From: a virus
Lineage: Duplodnaviria > Heunggongvirae > Uroviricota > Caudoviricetes
Reading direction: 5' to 3' (one strand)
DNA length: 54,850 nucleotides
IMG/VR virus record: IMGVR_UViG_3300042901_002340
This document shows, piece by piece, positions 17,391-26,464 of this stretch. A model generated the notes under the pieces. The model was given only the letters and a program-made list of their open reading frames with translations, had not been told where the DNA came from and ran no database searches. The first letter of the stretch is position 1. The number at the start of each line of letters is the position of its first letter. Both the position numbers and the translations under genes were made by a program.

Positions 17391-18176
17391 CTAATGGTAA
17401 ATCACGAAGGTCTCACCTTCGACGAATTTGTCAATAATATTCCTTTTGAAATCCTCACGCATTTCAGTGTCTTCTTTATTGTATTCTACACCACTACCCC
17501 ATCCGCCCTTGCTTTCTGGGGTTTGGTTGGAGAAGTATTTTTCCCAGTGTTCATTAAGTGTCTTTGAATCAACTACACATGGTGAATCCCACGTACCATC
17601 CTCATAGAATTTTTTATTAGCACCTTTTCTTTGGTATCCAACTTCCTCGAACCCTATACAAGTTTCTATTTTGTTTTCTGTTGGTGGATCTATAATAATT
17701 ATCTTCACCAATTTTTCAGAAAAGTCCATTGCTGAATTCAGATTGTAGTAGGTCGTCATGTTACCACTTGCAAAGTATTTGTATCTTGGACGATAGCCGA
17801 ATTTTTTCATCACTGAAGAAAATCTTCTAGTATATTCCTTGAAAATCTCGGAAGCAAATAATTCCTCTTTTTGCTCGAAATAAACGTCTGACCAATTATT
17901 CGAAAGAAATTCATAGGCTTCATACAGCTCGTGTTTACTATCAAGATAACTAAACGCAGCTTCCTTCCCATAGGATGCTCCAACACACAAGAAGTCTTCT
18001 GGTTCCCTTCCCAATAATTTTATTGGTGCTTCCAAATCATAGTAAGAGTTTTCCTTCTCAAAAGCTAAATCCTTGAAAACATCAAGTTCCGGCATTTCGC
18101 TAAGGACATAATAATCTTCTATTTTTTTCGTGTCAGTAACCTTTATTGGTCGATAAACTGTTATATCTAGTCCCAT
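17391..18176 (-). CDS. Hypothetical phage protein
   Basis: 261 aa; MGLD N-terminus, EVGYQRKG. Confidence 0.75.
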   Translation of the reverse strand: MGLDITVYRPIKVTDTKKIEDYYVLSEMPELDVFKDLAFEKENSYYDLEAPIKLLGREPEDFLCVGASYGKEAAFSYLDSKHELYEAYEFLSNNWSDVYFEQKEELFASEIFKEYTRRFSSVMKKFGYRPRYKYFASGNMTTYYNLNSAMDFSEKLVKIIIIDPPTENKIETCIGFEEVGYQRKGANKKFYEDGTWDSPCVVDSKTLNEHWEKYFSNQTPESKGGWGSGVEYNKEDTEMREDFKRNIIDKFVEGETFVIYH

Positions 18177-18178
18177 AA

Positions 18179-18493
18179 TTAATCTATTTTTTCTGCTTCA
18201 GAATTTCTGACCCAGGTTAGCGTTTCTAAAAATTCATCGATTTCAAAATCCATCAGGATCATATTAGCTTCCATGTCACGTGCAAATTGGTGTATAAATT
18301 CTGCTGTGTTAGCTGTGTGTTCTCCATAGTCTCCCCCTGAATAGAATTCTTCAAACTCACCTCTAAGTTCCTCTGGTATTAAATGCTTGCTCATGCACAG
18401 ATTACCCGAAACTAGATAAAATTCCTTGGCGCCTTTCTCGTGAATGATCTTTGATAGATCAGCCATACCATCCCTAAATTCACTTACCGTCAT
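18179..18493 (-). CDS. Hypothetical protein
   Basis: 104 aa ORF. Confidence 0.7.
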   Translation of the reverse strand: MTVSEFRDGMADLSKIIHEKGAKEFYLVSGNLCMSKHLIPEELRGEFEEFYSGGDYGEHTANTAEFIHQFARDMEANMILMDFEIDEFLETLTWVRNSEAEKID

Positions 18494-18654
18494 AATATGG
18501 TTTTATCGTTTATTTTTAATGACCATCCATTATCGAAACACCAATCAGTGATTTGTTTATCATCTGCGTTACTAAAGAAGCAATCGGCGAATTGTTCTCT
18601 TGTTCCATCGAACATTTCCCCTTCTTCAACCAATATTCTATCTGAATCTTCCAT
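18490..18654 (-). CDS. Small hypothetical protein (54 aa), below track cutoff
   Basis: MEDSDRILVEEGEMFDGTREQFADCFF...; directly after the 18673 promoter; stop overlaps the next ATG. Confidence 0.65.
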   Translation of the reverse strand: MEDSDRILVEEGEMFDGTREQFADCFFSNADDKQITDWCFDNGWSLKINDKTIL

Positions 18655-18672
18655 GTCTTATTTTTTACATTG

Positions 18673-18704
18673 CAAATATAAAACAATCTTGCGGATAAAA
18701 AAAA
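18673..18704 (-). promoter_or_regulatory. Bacteroidota-type promoter (TAnnTTTG) with conserved CG element
   Basis: caaatata 18673-18680, 11-nt spacer, cg 18692-18693, A-tract. Confidence 0.75.
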
Positions 18705-18709
18705 TTATA

Positions 18710-18717
18710 GATATATA
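18710..18717 (+). promoter_or_regulatory. Candidate late promoter GATATATA
   Basis: Exact motif 4 nt before ATG 18722, at a strand switch. Confidence 0.6.
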
Positions 18718-18721
18718 ATCC

Positions 18722-19462
18722 ATGGATAAATTGAAAAGACTTTATAACTACATAAAGAAGGACAAAAAGAAGAAGATACTTTTTCTAACAACCTCTAATA
18801 GATGGGAAGGTGATAAGGAATTACCCAAATCGTCAATGATAGCACACGAGCTTATTAAAAAACTTGGTTCTGATAATGTTGAATTGATCAATGTTGCAAA
18901 GCTGAAAATATTTCCATGTGAGGGTAACGTATCCACCAAGAGGGGTAATACATGTGGACTAAAGGAGGCTATGCTAAAAAATAAATCAAAAAATCCAACA
19001 GGTAATATCAGATGTTGGGCTTCTCTAAATAACGATTCCGACGAGATGTACAAGGTAGCAAACGCTATTTTCGAAGCGGATATAATCATATTCTTTGGCT
19101 CAATTCGTTGGGGTAAAATGAATTCCATTTACACTGAAATAATGGAAAGATTGACTTGGATCCAAAATAGACACTCCACATTGGGTGAATCAAATTTACT
19201 AAAAAACAAGGAATGTGGAATTGTAGCAATTGGACATAACTGGAATGGTGAAAATGCTGTTAAATTGGAGAAAGATGTTTTTAGATTTTTTGGATTTAAA
19301 ACACCGGATGTCCTAAGTTTTAATTGGCAATGGACCAATGATGTAAACGACGAAACCAAAAAAGGGTATTTGGAAGACTTTGGTGACTTTCTTGTAGAAT
19401 TTGATTTTGTTGAAACACTCAAAGAGTCAATCATGAGGTTCAGAGAATGGACAAAAATATAA
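18722..19462 (+). CDS. Flavodoxin-fold protein (NAD(P)H-dependent FMN reductase / iron-sulfur flavoprotein-like)
   Basis: ILFLTTSNR, Cys cluster PCEG...TCG...RCWAS, ADIIIFFGSIRWG. Confidence 0.75.
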   Translation: MDKLKRLYNYIKKDKKKKILFLTTSNRWEGDKELPKSSMIAHELIKKLGSDNVELINVAKLKIFPCEGNVSTKRGNTCGLKEAMLKNKSKNPTGNIRCWASLNNDSDEMYKVANAIFEADIIIFFGSIRWGKMNSIYTEIMERLTWIQNRHSTLGESNLLKNKECGIVAIGHNWNGENAVKLEKDVFRFFGFKTPDVLSFNWQWTNDVNDETKKGYLEDFGDFLVEFDFVETLKESIMRFREWTKI

Positions 19463-19472
19463 AAATATAAAT

Positions 19473-20039
19473 ATGAAATACCCAAAAAAATACCTGACAA
19501 CCAATCCCAACATCATGAAAAGGGAGATTAAAAAACACCAGGACAAGGAAGATAGTGACCCTTCAGCATACGGACCTTGGGATGCTGATTATAAAAGTGG
19601 TAAAGCTGGAAAGGGTAAAAAGGTGCCAACAAAGACTAGCAAATACACCAAGAAGTTTAAAGAGCTTTATGGAGAAAGCGAAGAATTTGAAACCCCAGGA
19701 AATATAGTTCCAATAGAAGAATTTAACTCAGAAATCGAAAAAGCTGCATACGATGTTTTTATGGAGTGTGAAAGTGCAATAGACGAAGCAAATGGATCTT
19801 CATCAGAGACAGCATTAAAAAACAAAGCCAAAAAATCTGGATTCCCATTGGGAATATTAAGACAAGTTTATAAGCGCGGCTATGCAAGTTGGAAGCTTGG
19901 CCACCGACCTGGTGTGCCTCCACAGGCCTGGGCAATGGCACGTGTGAATTCCTTTATTGTTGGTGGTAGAACTACCGAAGTTGGCGACGGCGCTCTATAT
20001 AAACAGGCTAAGAAAGCTAAAGCAGCTAAGAAAAAATAA
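19473..20039 (+). CDS. Basic viral protein (DUF5824-like domain)
   Basis: SGFPLGILRQVYKRGYASWKLGHRPGVPPQAWAMARVNSF; family name recalled from memory. Confidence 0.6.
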   Translation: MKYPKKYLTTNPNIMKREIKKHQDKEDSDPSAYGPWDADYKSGKAGKGKKVPTKTSKYTKKFKELYGESEEFETPGNIVPIEEFNSEIEKAAYDVFMECESAIDEANGSSSETALKNKAKKSGFPLGILRQVYKRGYASWKLGHRPGVPPQAWAMARVNSFIVGGRTTEVGDGALYKQAKKAKAAKKK

Positions 20040-20046
20040 TCACTTC

Positions 20047-20652
20047 ATGCTAAAATATAGTGAATTTCTAAATGAAGCATCAATAGCCACAATAGGACTC
20101 GACGACGTGATAAATAAAAAATTTCTAAGCATAGTTCTTTCAAATACTTATAACAGAGAATCTTTGATCTATCAATACATGCACGAGGAGGGAATATCCA
20201 ATGAAGCTGAGGTAGAGGAGGAGGAATTTTCGAATTGGGTTAGATATGAATTAGACTATTTAGCCGATGAATTTGTTTCCAAAATCAAAAGAGAGATTGT
20301 CAAAGATGGTAAGATTAAAATTTGGAGAGCCATGTCTATAAATAAAGATTGGGAATCCAGATTATCTTCTCAAGTAAAACATCTTGGTATATATTGGTCA
20401 TGGGATCCAGAAGGTGCAGAGCCTCACTGGGGACACAATACAGATTTACCTTTCACGACTATAATGGAAGCTGAAGTAGACGAAACCTCGGTTGATTGGT
20501 ACCCAACCATAAGGCTCAATGTTGAACCAGTATCCTTCGAGGAAAAAGAAATAAGATTGGTAAAAGGTGCAAAAATCAATATACTTTCCATAAAAATAGA
20601 CGGGAAAGAGATAGATCTATCAGAAATATCAGGAGAAAGATTTATAGCTTAG
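20047..20652 (+). CDS. Hypothetical protein with capsid-targeting-like N-terminus
   Basis: Likely start MLKYSEFLNEA at 20047; track start 19957 overlaps the upstream gene. Confidence 0.75.
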   Translation: MLKYSEFLNEASIATIGLDDVINKKFLSIVLSNTYNRESLIYQYMHEEGISNEAEVEEEEFSNWVRYELDYLADEFVSKIKREIVKDGKIKIWRAMSINKDWESRLSSQVKHLGIYWSWDPEGAEPHWGHNTDLPFTTIMEAEVDETSVDWYPTIRLNVEPVSFEEKEIRLVKGAKINILSIKIDGKEIDLSEISGERFIA

Positions 20653-21371
20653 TGCTTAATAAGATTCTCAAATCTATTATAAACCAATTTTAAGTAATCA
20701 CATCCAGCTTCTGTGTTCTTGATTGGCGTCAATGGAGCTTTAGCCCCCTTATATTTTAGAGGATAAACCCTCTTAAGCTCAGCCCAAGCGCTATCACCTA
20801 TTTGAAATAATCCTCTGTATGCCTTATTTGTCTTGGGATCTGGATCAAATCTAGATTCCTTATATGCAACAGTCGTTATGAAGTCCTTACTAAATTCTGG
20901 TACCTTAACCTTAGCCTTTTCTATTGCTTGTTTAACCTTTGCATTCTTGGGTTCATTTATCTTGGATAGAGCCTCTTTTTTATATTTTCCCCATGTTGAT
21001 TGCTGATATTCTAAAAATGCTTTAGCTGCCTGTTTGCTTTTTCCTGTTTTTACTTGGGAGTATCTAGGATCCGATTGTGGCATATTATTAAGGAGCTTAT
21101 TTCTTGAATCTGGATTCATTTTAATATCACCTCTAAGTATATCCAGAATGTTGGCAAGTCCAGTTGGTCCCTGCTGATGTGTTAGATAAACCATATGTTC
21201 CCCCGTTATCAGATTTGTGTCGATGGCTTTGGGTTTTGCCTCTGTTGACTTCTTTCTACCAAAGAAGTCACCAACAGCTCTTTTGAACTTATCCCAAAGG
21301 TCGCCAAGTCCTTCATTTAATATTTCGTCGGAGGAATTGTATTCCTCATATTCCTTTATATGTTTAAGCAT
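20649..21371 (-). CDS. Lytic transglycosylase (SLT/lysozyme-like) domain protein with capsid-targeting-like N-terminus
   Basis: TVAYKESRFDP...YRGLFQI...KNTEAGCDYL; starts MLKHIKEYEEY...ILNEG. Confidence 0.75.
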   Translation of the reverse strand: MLKHIKEYEEYNSSDEILNEGLGDLWDKFKRAVGDFFGRKKSTEAKPKAIDTNLITGEHMVYLTHQQGPTGLANILDILRGDIKMNPDSRNKLLNNMPQSDPRYSQVKTGKSKQAAKAFLEYQQSTWGKYKKEALSKINEPKNAKVKQAIEKAKVKVPEFSKDFITTVAYKESRFDPDPKTNKAYRGLFQIGDSAWAELKRVYPLKYKGAKAPLTPIKNTEAGCDYLKLVYNRFENLIKH

Positions 21372-21375
21372 CCAC

Positions 21376-21383
21376 TATATATC
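21376..21383 (-). promoter_or_regulatory. Candidate late promoter GATATATA
   Basis: tatatatc on + strand, 4 nt before ATG 21371. Confidence 0.6.
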
Positions 21384-21386
21384 CAT

Positions 21387-21650
21387 TTATAAATCAAATA
21401 GATTTCTAAACTTTAACTTAAAGGTGTATTCACCTAGGCAATACATATAGTTTCTTAATTCATCCAGAATTACTTCCTCAGTTTGATCCTGAAATAGTAT
21501 CATCGGTCTAAAATCTGTCCATACCTTGCTTTTTATTCTTACCCATCCCTTCTCTTTCCATTGATCATAGTCGACATCTAAACCGAAAGTTTCCACAGAG
21601 TCCAGGACAAACTTGTGTCTTTTTTCTATTGCTTTTTCTTTAGTGCTCAT
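21387..21650 (-). CDS. Hypothetical protein
   Basis: 87 aa ORF. Confidence 0.65.
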   Translation of the reverse strand: MSTKEKAIEKRHKFVLDSVETFGLDVDYDQWKEKGWVRIKSKVWTDFRPMILFQDQTEEVILDELRNYMYCLGEYTFKLKFRNLFDL

Positions 21651-22050
21651 AATATCTGAAATAGTAATTAATCTCTCCCATGCTCATCGGGAATCTTCCC
21701 TCAGTAGCAACATCAACATAAACATAAAATCTTACCTTATAAAGATTCTCGTTAAGTAATTCTTTTATAATGGGTCTAACAACTCTGAAGATCTCATATG
21801 GTCCATTGAGATAGCTTTCACCTCTTAGTGTCACCTTAATTTCTTTCTTATATGGAAGAGAATAGGGATCGGTTTTAACGATCCCTTGGATATCAATTCT
21901 TTTAAAAGTTTCCATGATTGATTTCTCAACCTTTCTTTCAAATTCCTGTATCTTCTCCATATACCTTTCCTCTGTGTGCATTTCATCACCCCACCCGATT
22001 AAAGGATGTAGAATCTGCGCTCCCAAATTACTTGGTATCTTTCTTTCCAT
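21640..22050 (-). CDS. Hypothetical protein
   Basis: 136 aa ORF. Confidence 0.7.
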   Translation of the reverse strand: MERKIPSNLGAQILHPLIGWGDEMHTEERYMEKIQEFERKVEKSIMETFKRIDIQGIVKTDPYSLPYKKEIKVTLRGESYLNGPYEIFRVVRPIIKELLNENLYKVRFYVYVDVATEGRFPMSMGEINYYFRYYEH

Positions 22051-22727
22051 TATCTTAATCTTTTACCCTTTACGATCTCGTCAATGATTCCGTAATCAAC
22101 TGCCTCCTGTGCACTCATCCAGAAATCTCTTTGAGAATCTTTCTTAACTTGTTCTGGATCCTTATCACAGAAATCCCCGAGTAGGTCAAACAAGATGGAA
22201 TTTACCTCTTTCCATTCTTTCCAGTCAATTTCAGCATCCTGAATATTTCCTCTGAATCCCCCACTAGATTGGTGAAGCATAACTTTACTAAATCTTAGTG
22301 ATGATCTTTTTCCTTTTGTCCCAGCACCTAAAAGCACAGATCCCATAGAAGCAGCCATACCGGTGTTGATTGTAGCAATATCGGATTTAATATAATCCAT
22401 AACATCAACCATACTCAATCCGCTCTTAACCGATCCACCCGGTGAATCGATGTGCATGGTAATGTCTTTAACTTCAACGGAATCCAGGAACATAAGTTGT
22501 GCTTGAACTATCGTTGACATTCTATCGTTAACCGGACCAGCTACCCAAAGGATTCTGTCCATCATCAGCCTATCAAAAACAGTCATCTGCGTGACCCTTA
22601 ATTCCCTCTCCTCCAAAATCATTGGCGTCATTGATGCCTCGACCTGTTTTGCGTGATAGTCCATTGTTAATGAACTAACTCCCATGTCGCTTTGTGCGTA
22701 CTTTCTAAATTCTGCTCCGTAATCCAT
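22050..22727 (-). CDS. clpP: ATP-dependent Clp protease proteolytic subunit
   Basis: HIDSPGGSV, GMAASMGS (catalytic Ser), VMLHQ (His), RDFWMSAQEAVDYGIIDEI. Confidence 0.95.
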   Translation of the reverse strand: MDYGAEFRKYAQSDMGVSSLTMDYHAKQVEASMTPMILEERELRVTQMTVFDRLMMDRILWVAGPVNDRMSTIVQAQLMFLDSVEVKDITMHIDSPGGSVKSGLSMVDVMDYIKSDIATINTGMAASMGSVLLGAGTKGKRSSLRFSKVMLHQSSGGFRGNIQDAEIDWKEWKEVNSILFDLLGDFCDKDPEQVKKDSQRDFWMSAQEAVDYGIIDEIVKGKRLR

Positions 22728-22728
22728 A

Positions 22729-23142
22729 TTATTGATTTTTGTGTTGAAATTCTTTAAATTGTGTTAATAGTTGTTTAATGTTCTCAGCTCCCGCTGGATT
22801 CATTGAATGTACGACGAAATCAGGAAGTTCCTTTCTATTATCCATGCAATAGTCGACAAGCCATTTTGCACAGTCCATTCCTGTCTTCTCTTTGAATTCG
22901 GAATAGTGTTTGTTGTAGATCTCCTGTCCGTTGTACATGTCAGGATTATAATGCTCGTCTGCTAGGTCGTGATCAAAGGATATTAGATCAGGCAGACCAT
23001 TTTTCGTTATGAATGCAACAAATTCATCGTGATTGCGGACCGTTTTCCAGTCGTATTTGGAATATATTCCAGGAGATGACATATAGCTTATGCAATCATA
23101 CGGGTGGCGTATGTCATCAAGAAATAGGTTGTATGTGTTCAT
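22729..23142 (-). CDS. Cyclic-phosphate-processing receiver (cREC) domain protein
   Basis: LFLDDIR...ISFDHDL...TGMDCAKWL...VHSMNPAG. Confidence 0.8.
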   Translation of the reverse strand: MNTYNLFLDDIRHPYDCISYMSSPGIYSKYDWKTVRNHDEFVAFITKNGLPDLISFDHDLADEHYNPDMYNGQEIYNKHYSEFKEKTGMDCAKWLVDYCMDNRKELPDFVVHSMNPAGAENIKQLLTQFKEFQHKNQ

Positions 23143-23191
23143 GTTTTTATTTTATTATCTCTATAGAGAAAATTTTTAATCTTGTTTCCTT

Positions 23192-23932
23192 TTAATTTCT
23201 AAACCAGTTTATCATTCCGTCCCAGAAAGCATCGCCGTGGTTGATTGAACCATATCCTCTATGTTCCTCCACGTCAGATTCCTCCATCTCTCTATCCTCT
23301 CTAGAACCAAGCTCCTCTGCAGGAGTTTTTCTCTCCGCGTATATTTTCCACCATTTATTCTCAGGTATCTTTTCATAGTCCGGATAAACTTTAATCTCAC
23401 CCGGCTCATATCCAGCTCTAATTGTTGCAGGTAATCCGTAGTAATAGATCTTTCTATCATTATCATTCTCTGGATTTATAAAATCATAAACATGATGCAA
23501 AAGTTTTTCAGTCATAACATAAGCATGCGAAAGTGCAGAACCTAGATCAGAATTAAGCATGGTATAAACATGCCTACCATTTGCGTAAATTTCGCAAAGC
23601 CCGGTGGCATTAATCCTCCATTCACCCCATTTATGTTTGGTTCTATTGCTTTGCTTGTATCTGATCTCCCAACAAATCCGATGAACACCGCGGTCAAGAT
23701 ATGGAACCAATTCTCTCTCCGGATTTACCTCAGTTGAATAATCAAGCCACCATTCGGCAGGTCCCCCATTATTCTTGCCAAGCTGATGTTCATAACCATC
23801 AACACGATAAACACCGTGGGGCTTATCATTTATACGGATGTCGAATATCTTATGTACACCATAGAATCTGTCATTTTCTATTCTTCCATATTTCTTCTTT
23901 GCTTCCTCAAGCGTTAGATATTTTTCCTCCAT
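23192..23932 (-). CDS. Hypothetical protein
   Basis: 246 aa ORF, Trp-rich. Confidence 0.75.
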   Translation of the reverse strand: MEEKYLTLEEAKKKYGRIENDRFYGVHKIFDIRINDKPHGVYRVDGYEHQLGKNNGGPAEWWLDYSTEVNPERELVPYLDRGVHRICWEIRYKQSNRTKHKWGEWRINATGLCEIYANGRHVYTMLNSDLGSALSHAYVMTEKLLHHVYDFINPENDNDRKIYYYGLPATIRAGYEPGEIKVYPDYEKIPENKWWKIYAERKTPAEELGSREDREMEESDVEEHRGYGSINHGDAFWDGMINWFRN

Positions 23933-24435
23933 TATCCTCCAGTATAAATTAGTACATCATTTTCCCAATCAAATTCTCTATAGATCCTCACCAGCTCAAA
24001 AATAGCATACTCGTACTTCCAGCTAGAAACCATCTCATCACCATCCAATGAATATGGCTTATGGTGACTTGACCATTCCCTTGCCATAGAAAGAGCATGC
24101 TCCTTATGTTTCTCAATGGGTTTTTCCGATAAATCCAGATAGAATTTTTCAACGTATTCCCTATAGTGTTCGATTATTCTTAGTAGCACTTCCTTAGAAG
24201 CAAGTGAGAATTCCACGTCGCACTCAAAGTCCATTTCTTCCTTATAGAATCGGGTAAGCAAATCATGGATGTCAAAATCACAATATTTGCCAAGACAGTG
24301 CAGTTCCACTAGACCGTGATCTCTACCAATATAGAAATCCTCGCCGTATTTTTCTTCAATCTCGATAGCAGTTAGATCCTTATATTCCTCATATACTGAC
24401 CGGGGAAGCTTGTTTAGATAATTTCTATATCCCAT
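23932..24435 (-). CDS. Hypothetical protein
   Basis: 167 aa; MGYR N-terminus, ends YTGG. Confidence 0.75.
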   Translation of the reverse strand: MGYRNYLNKLPRSVYEEYKDLTAIEIEEKYGEDFYIGRDHGLVELHCLGKYCDFDIHDLLTRFYKEEMDFECDVEFSLASKEVLLRIIEHYREYVEKFYLDLSEKPIEKHKEHALSMAREWSSHHKPYSLDGDEMVSSWKYEYAIFELVRIYREFDWENDVLIYTGG

Positions 24436-24836
24436 TATATTAATTTTAAATCAAATCTATTTTTCATTTTCTCCAATGTTTCATCGGGAACACCGTGGGA
24501 ATTGATGCCTCCGTGTCTATTTTCAACTATCAATGAATGAACCCTATATCCATATTTTTCGGCTAATTTATAATAGTCTTCCATCTCCCATTCCTGCGTG
24601 AATGTATTTGAAACCACGACGGGAGAATGATCATACTTCATAGAAAACTCGATATCATCCTTACACCATTGATGTGCCTCTTTTATTTGCGATGGAATAA
24701 AATTATAATTACCCAAGCGATCTATAAAATACATATCCGCTTCTTTATGGCAATAGTCTTTTTCTCCGACCAGCATTTTAGCTAATGTTGATTTCCCACT
24801 TCCAGGTAAACCCCTTAATAAAAACAATTCTTTCAT
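24435..24836 (-). CDS. P-loop kinase, polynucleotide-kinase-like (AAA_33)
   Basis: LLRGLPGSGKST, VVSNTF, HGVPDETLEKMKNRF. Confidence 0.85.
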   Translation of the reverse strand: MKELFLLRGLPGSGKSTLAKMLVGEKDYCHKEADMYFIDRLGNYNFIPSQIKEAHQWCKDDIEFSMKYDHSPVVVSNTFTQEWEMEDYYKLAEKYGYRVHSLIVENRHGGINSHGVPDETLEKMKNRFDLKLI

Positions 24837-25138
24837 ATTAGTTCCCCTCTTTCTAATTCTTCTCTTCTATTAAGAAGTGATAACTCCCTTAGTATTCTTT
24901 TTCTCCATTCCTCCTTAGTTATCCTATCGTCATCACAGGACATTTCTATGGTGAAAATAAGCTTAGGTTTCTCAACTTGTACCCTCGTACCAAATAAATC
25001 GAACCAGCCTGATCTTACCGTTTTGGTTACTATCTCTGTTCCCTCATAAAATTCAGTCCATTCCCATGTCCCATATTCATCGCAGTCACCCATCAGTTGG
25101 TACTTAAGAACTCTTCCGTCTATATTAATTTCCCTCAT
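24833..25138 (-). CDS. Hypothetical protein
   Basis: 101 aa ORF. Confidence 0.7.
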   Translation of the reverse strand: MREINIDGRVLKYQLMGDCDEYGTWEWTEFYEGTEIVTKTVRSGWFDLFGTRVQVEKPKLIFTIEMSCDDDRITKEEWRKRILRELSLLNRREELERGELI

Positions 25139-25144
25139 AATTTT

Positions 25145-25612
25145 TTAATCTAGTAATATATCAAAACTCTTAGGTGCTTTATTTTTTCCACCAAAATAAG
25201 GTTTTAGTATAACCCTTATAAAATTCCATTTTGCGGATCTATCAAGTAACTCCGCATATGTGGTATCCCCTGATGTTACCTTTATTCCATAAAGGTCGCC
25301 AAAAATTTGTATCTGATACTTATATTTCTTATTCGCTTCAATATAGCCCATCGACTTTATTTCTCTTATCCCATTCCTATAGACTATGGTCATCAACTCC
25401 AGTCCATTATTCCATCTCCATCCTATTCTTATCGAATTTTTGTGGTGCGACCATCCATCGGAAAGTCCTACTAACTTATTAGTGTCCTCCTGGGAATCTA
25501 TAACATATTCAAAATCACCGAGGAAGGAAAAAGATCCTGATATAGATTCACTGAAAGTAATGGAAGGTATCCATGAACTACTATGAGATCCCATTTTTAT
25601 TCTATATAGCAT
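25145..25612 (-). CDS. Hypothetical beta-rich protein
   Basis: Likely start MLYRIK at 25612; NKLVGLSDGWSHHKNSIRIGWRW, PYFGG. Confidence 0.7.
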   Translation of the reverse strand: MLYRIKMGSHSSSWIPSITFSESISGSFSFLGDFEYVIDSQEDTNKLVGLSDGWSHHKNSIRIGWRWNNGLELMTIVYRNGIREIKSMGYIEANKKYKYQIQIFGDLYGIKVTSGDTTYAELLDRSAKWNFIRVILKPYFGGKNKAPKSFDILLD

Positions 25613-25616
25613 ATTT

Positions 25617-25781
25617 CTATTTTCTATTTCCTCTGATTGCTGATATTGTACCAATTATAAACGAATATGCTAAATATCCAAGAGGGATTAATTGGGTCCA
25701 GTGTTTTTCACCGTCGTTTATAAAATATATTGCTGGTAACAATACGATGCTTAGAGCTATTAAATACAGATTTGCTTTCAT
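25617..25781 (-). CDS. Small two-TM membrane protein (54 aa), below track cutoff
   Basis: MKANLYLIALSIVLLPAIYF...LIPLGYLAYSFIIGTISAI. Confidence 0.6.
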   Translation of the reverse strand: MKANLYLIALSIVLLPAIYFINDGEKHWTQLIPLGYLAYSFIIGTISAIRGNRK

Positions 25782-25800
25782 TTTGCTTTTATTTTAATTG

Positions 25801-26457
25801 TTAATTTCCTTGGTGGTTTTCGTCTGTGTGGTGATCCTTTGGCAGAGATAAATGCATTTTTGGTCTTCCCTCTAATGCCTTCAATATTTCATTTAATGAA
25901 TATGGCTTGTAGTTGTTTCCATCCACACCAACATCCATTGCTCTTCCCTTGTGTATCTTTAAATGACCAGGAAGATGAACGTGTCCATGCAAATGTGAGT
26001 ATCCCTTACTAAGTCCATCCCAACTAGCTATTGGAAAATGACAGCACTCAAACGTGTACTTCTTAGTTTCCTTCCCCTGTGGTACTCGAAGTTCGATAGT
26101 TTCAAGTTTATTGATACTAGCAAAAAGATCCTGTACGTTATCTCTGTTATTTTTTATATGATGGTCATGATTTCCTAGAAATAGGTGAATGGTTTTACAG
26201 TTTATTCGGTTTCTAAATTCCGAGATAGATTCGATACCACCAAAGCTCCAGTCACCTAGGTGAATCAGTATATCATTTGGTCCTACTGATGCATTAATCT
26301 CGTATACTAGTCTGTCATTCATTTCGTTTAATGAATTGAATTTTCTAGTTCCTCTTCCCTCAGGCCAGTGTGATGTAGCACTACAGATTCCCTGGTGGTT
26401 GTAATGCGAATCAGAGGTCCAGAAGATCTTCTGATGTCCTTGTAATATTATTTTCAT
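25801..26457 (-). CDS. Calcineurin-like metallophosphoesterase
   Basis: TSDSHYNH, HLGD, GNHD, HLHGHVH motifs. Confidence 0.9.
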   Translation of the reverse strand: MKIILQGHQKIFWTSDSHYNHQGICSATSHWPEGRGTRKFNSLNEMNDRLVYEINASVGPNDILIHLGDWSFGGIESISEFRNRINCKTIHLFLGNHDHHIKNNRDNVQDLFASINKLETIELRVPQGKETKKYTFECCHFPIASWDGLSKGYSHLHGHVHLPGHLKIHKGRAMDVGVDGNNYKPYSLNEILKALEGRPKMHLSLPKDHHTDENHQGN

Positions 26458-26464
26458 AGTTTTT

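Noticed and set aside
19466-19473. T4-type late promoter TATAAATA before the 19473 gene
   Set aside because: It is a single occurrence overlapping the start codon in very AT-rich sequence, so it is likely chance
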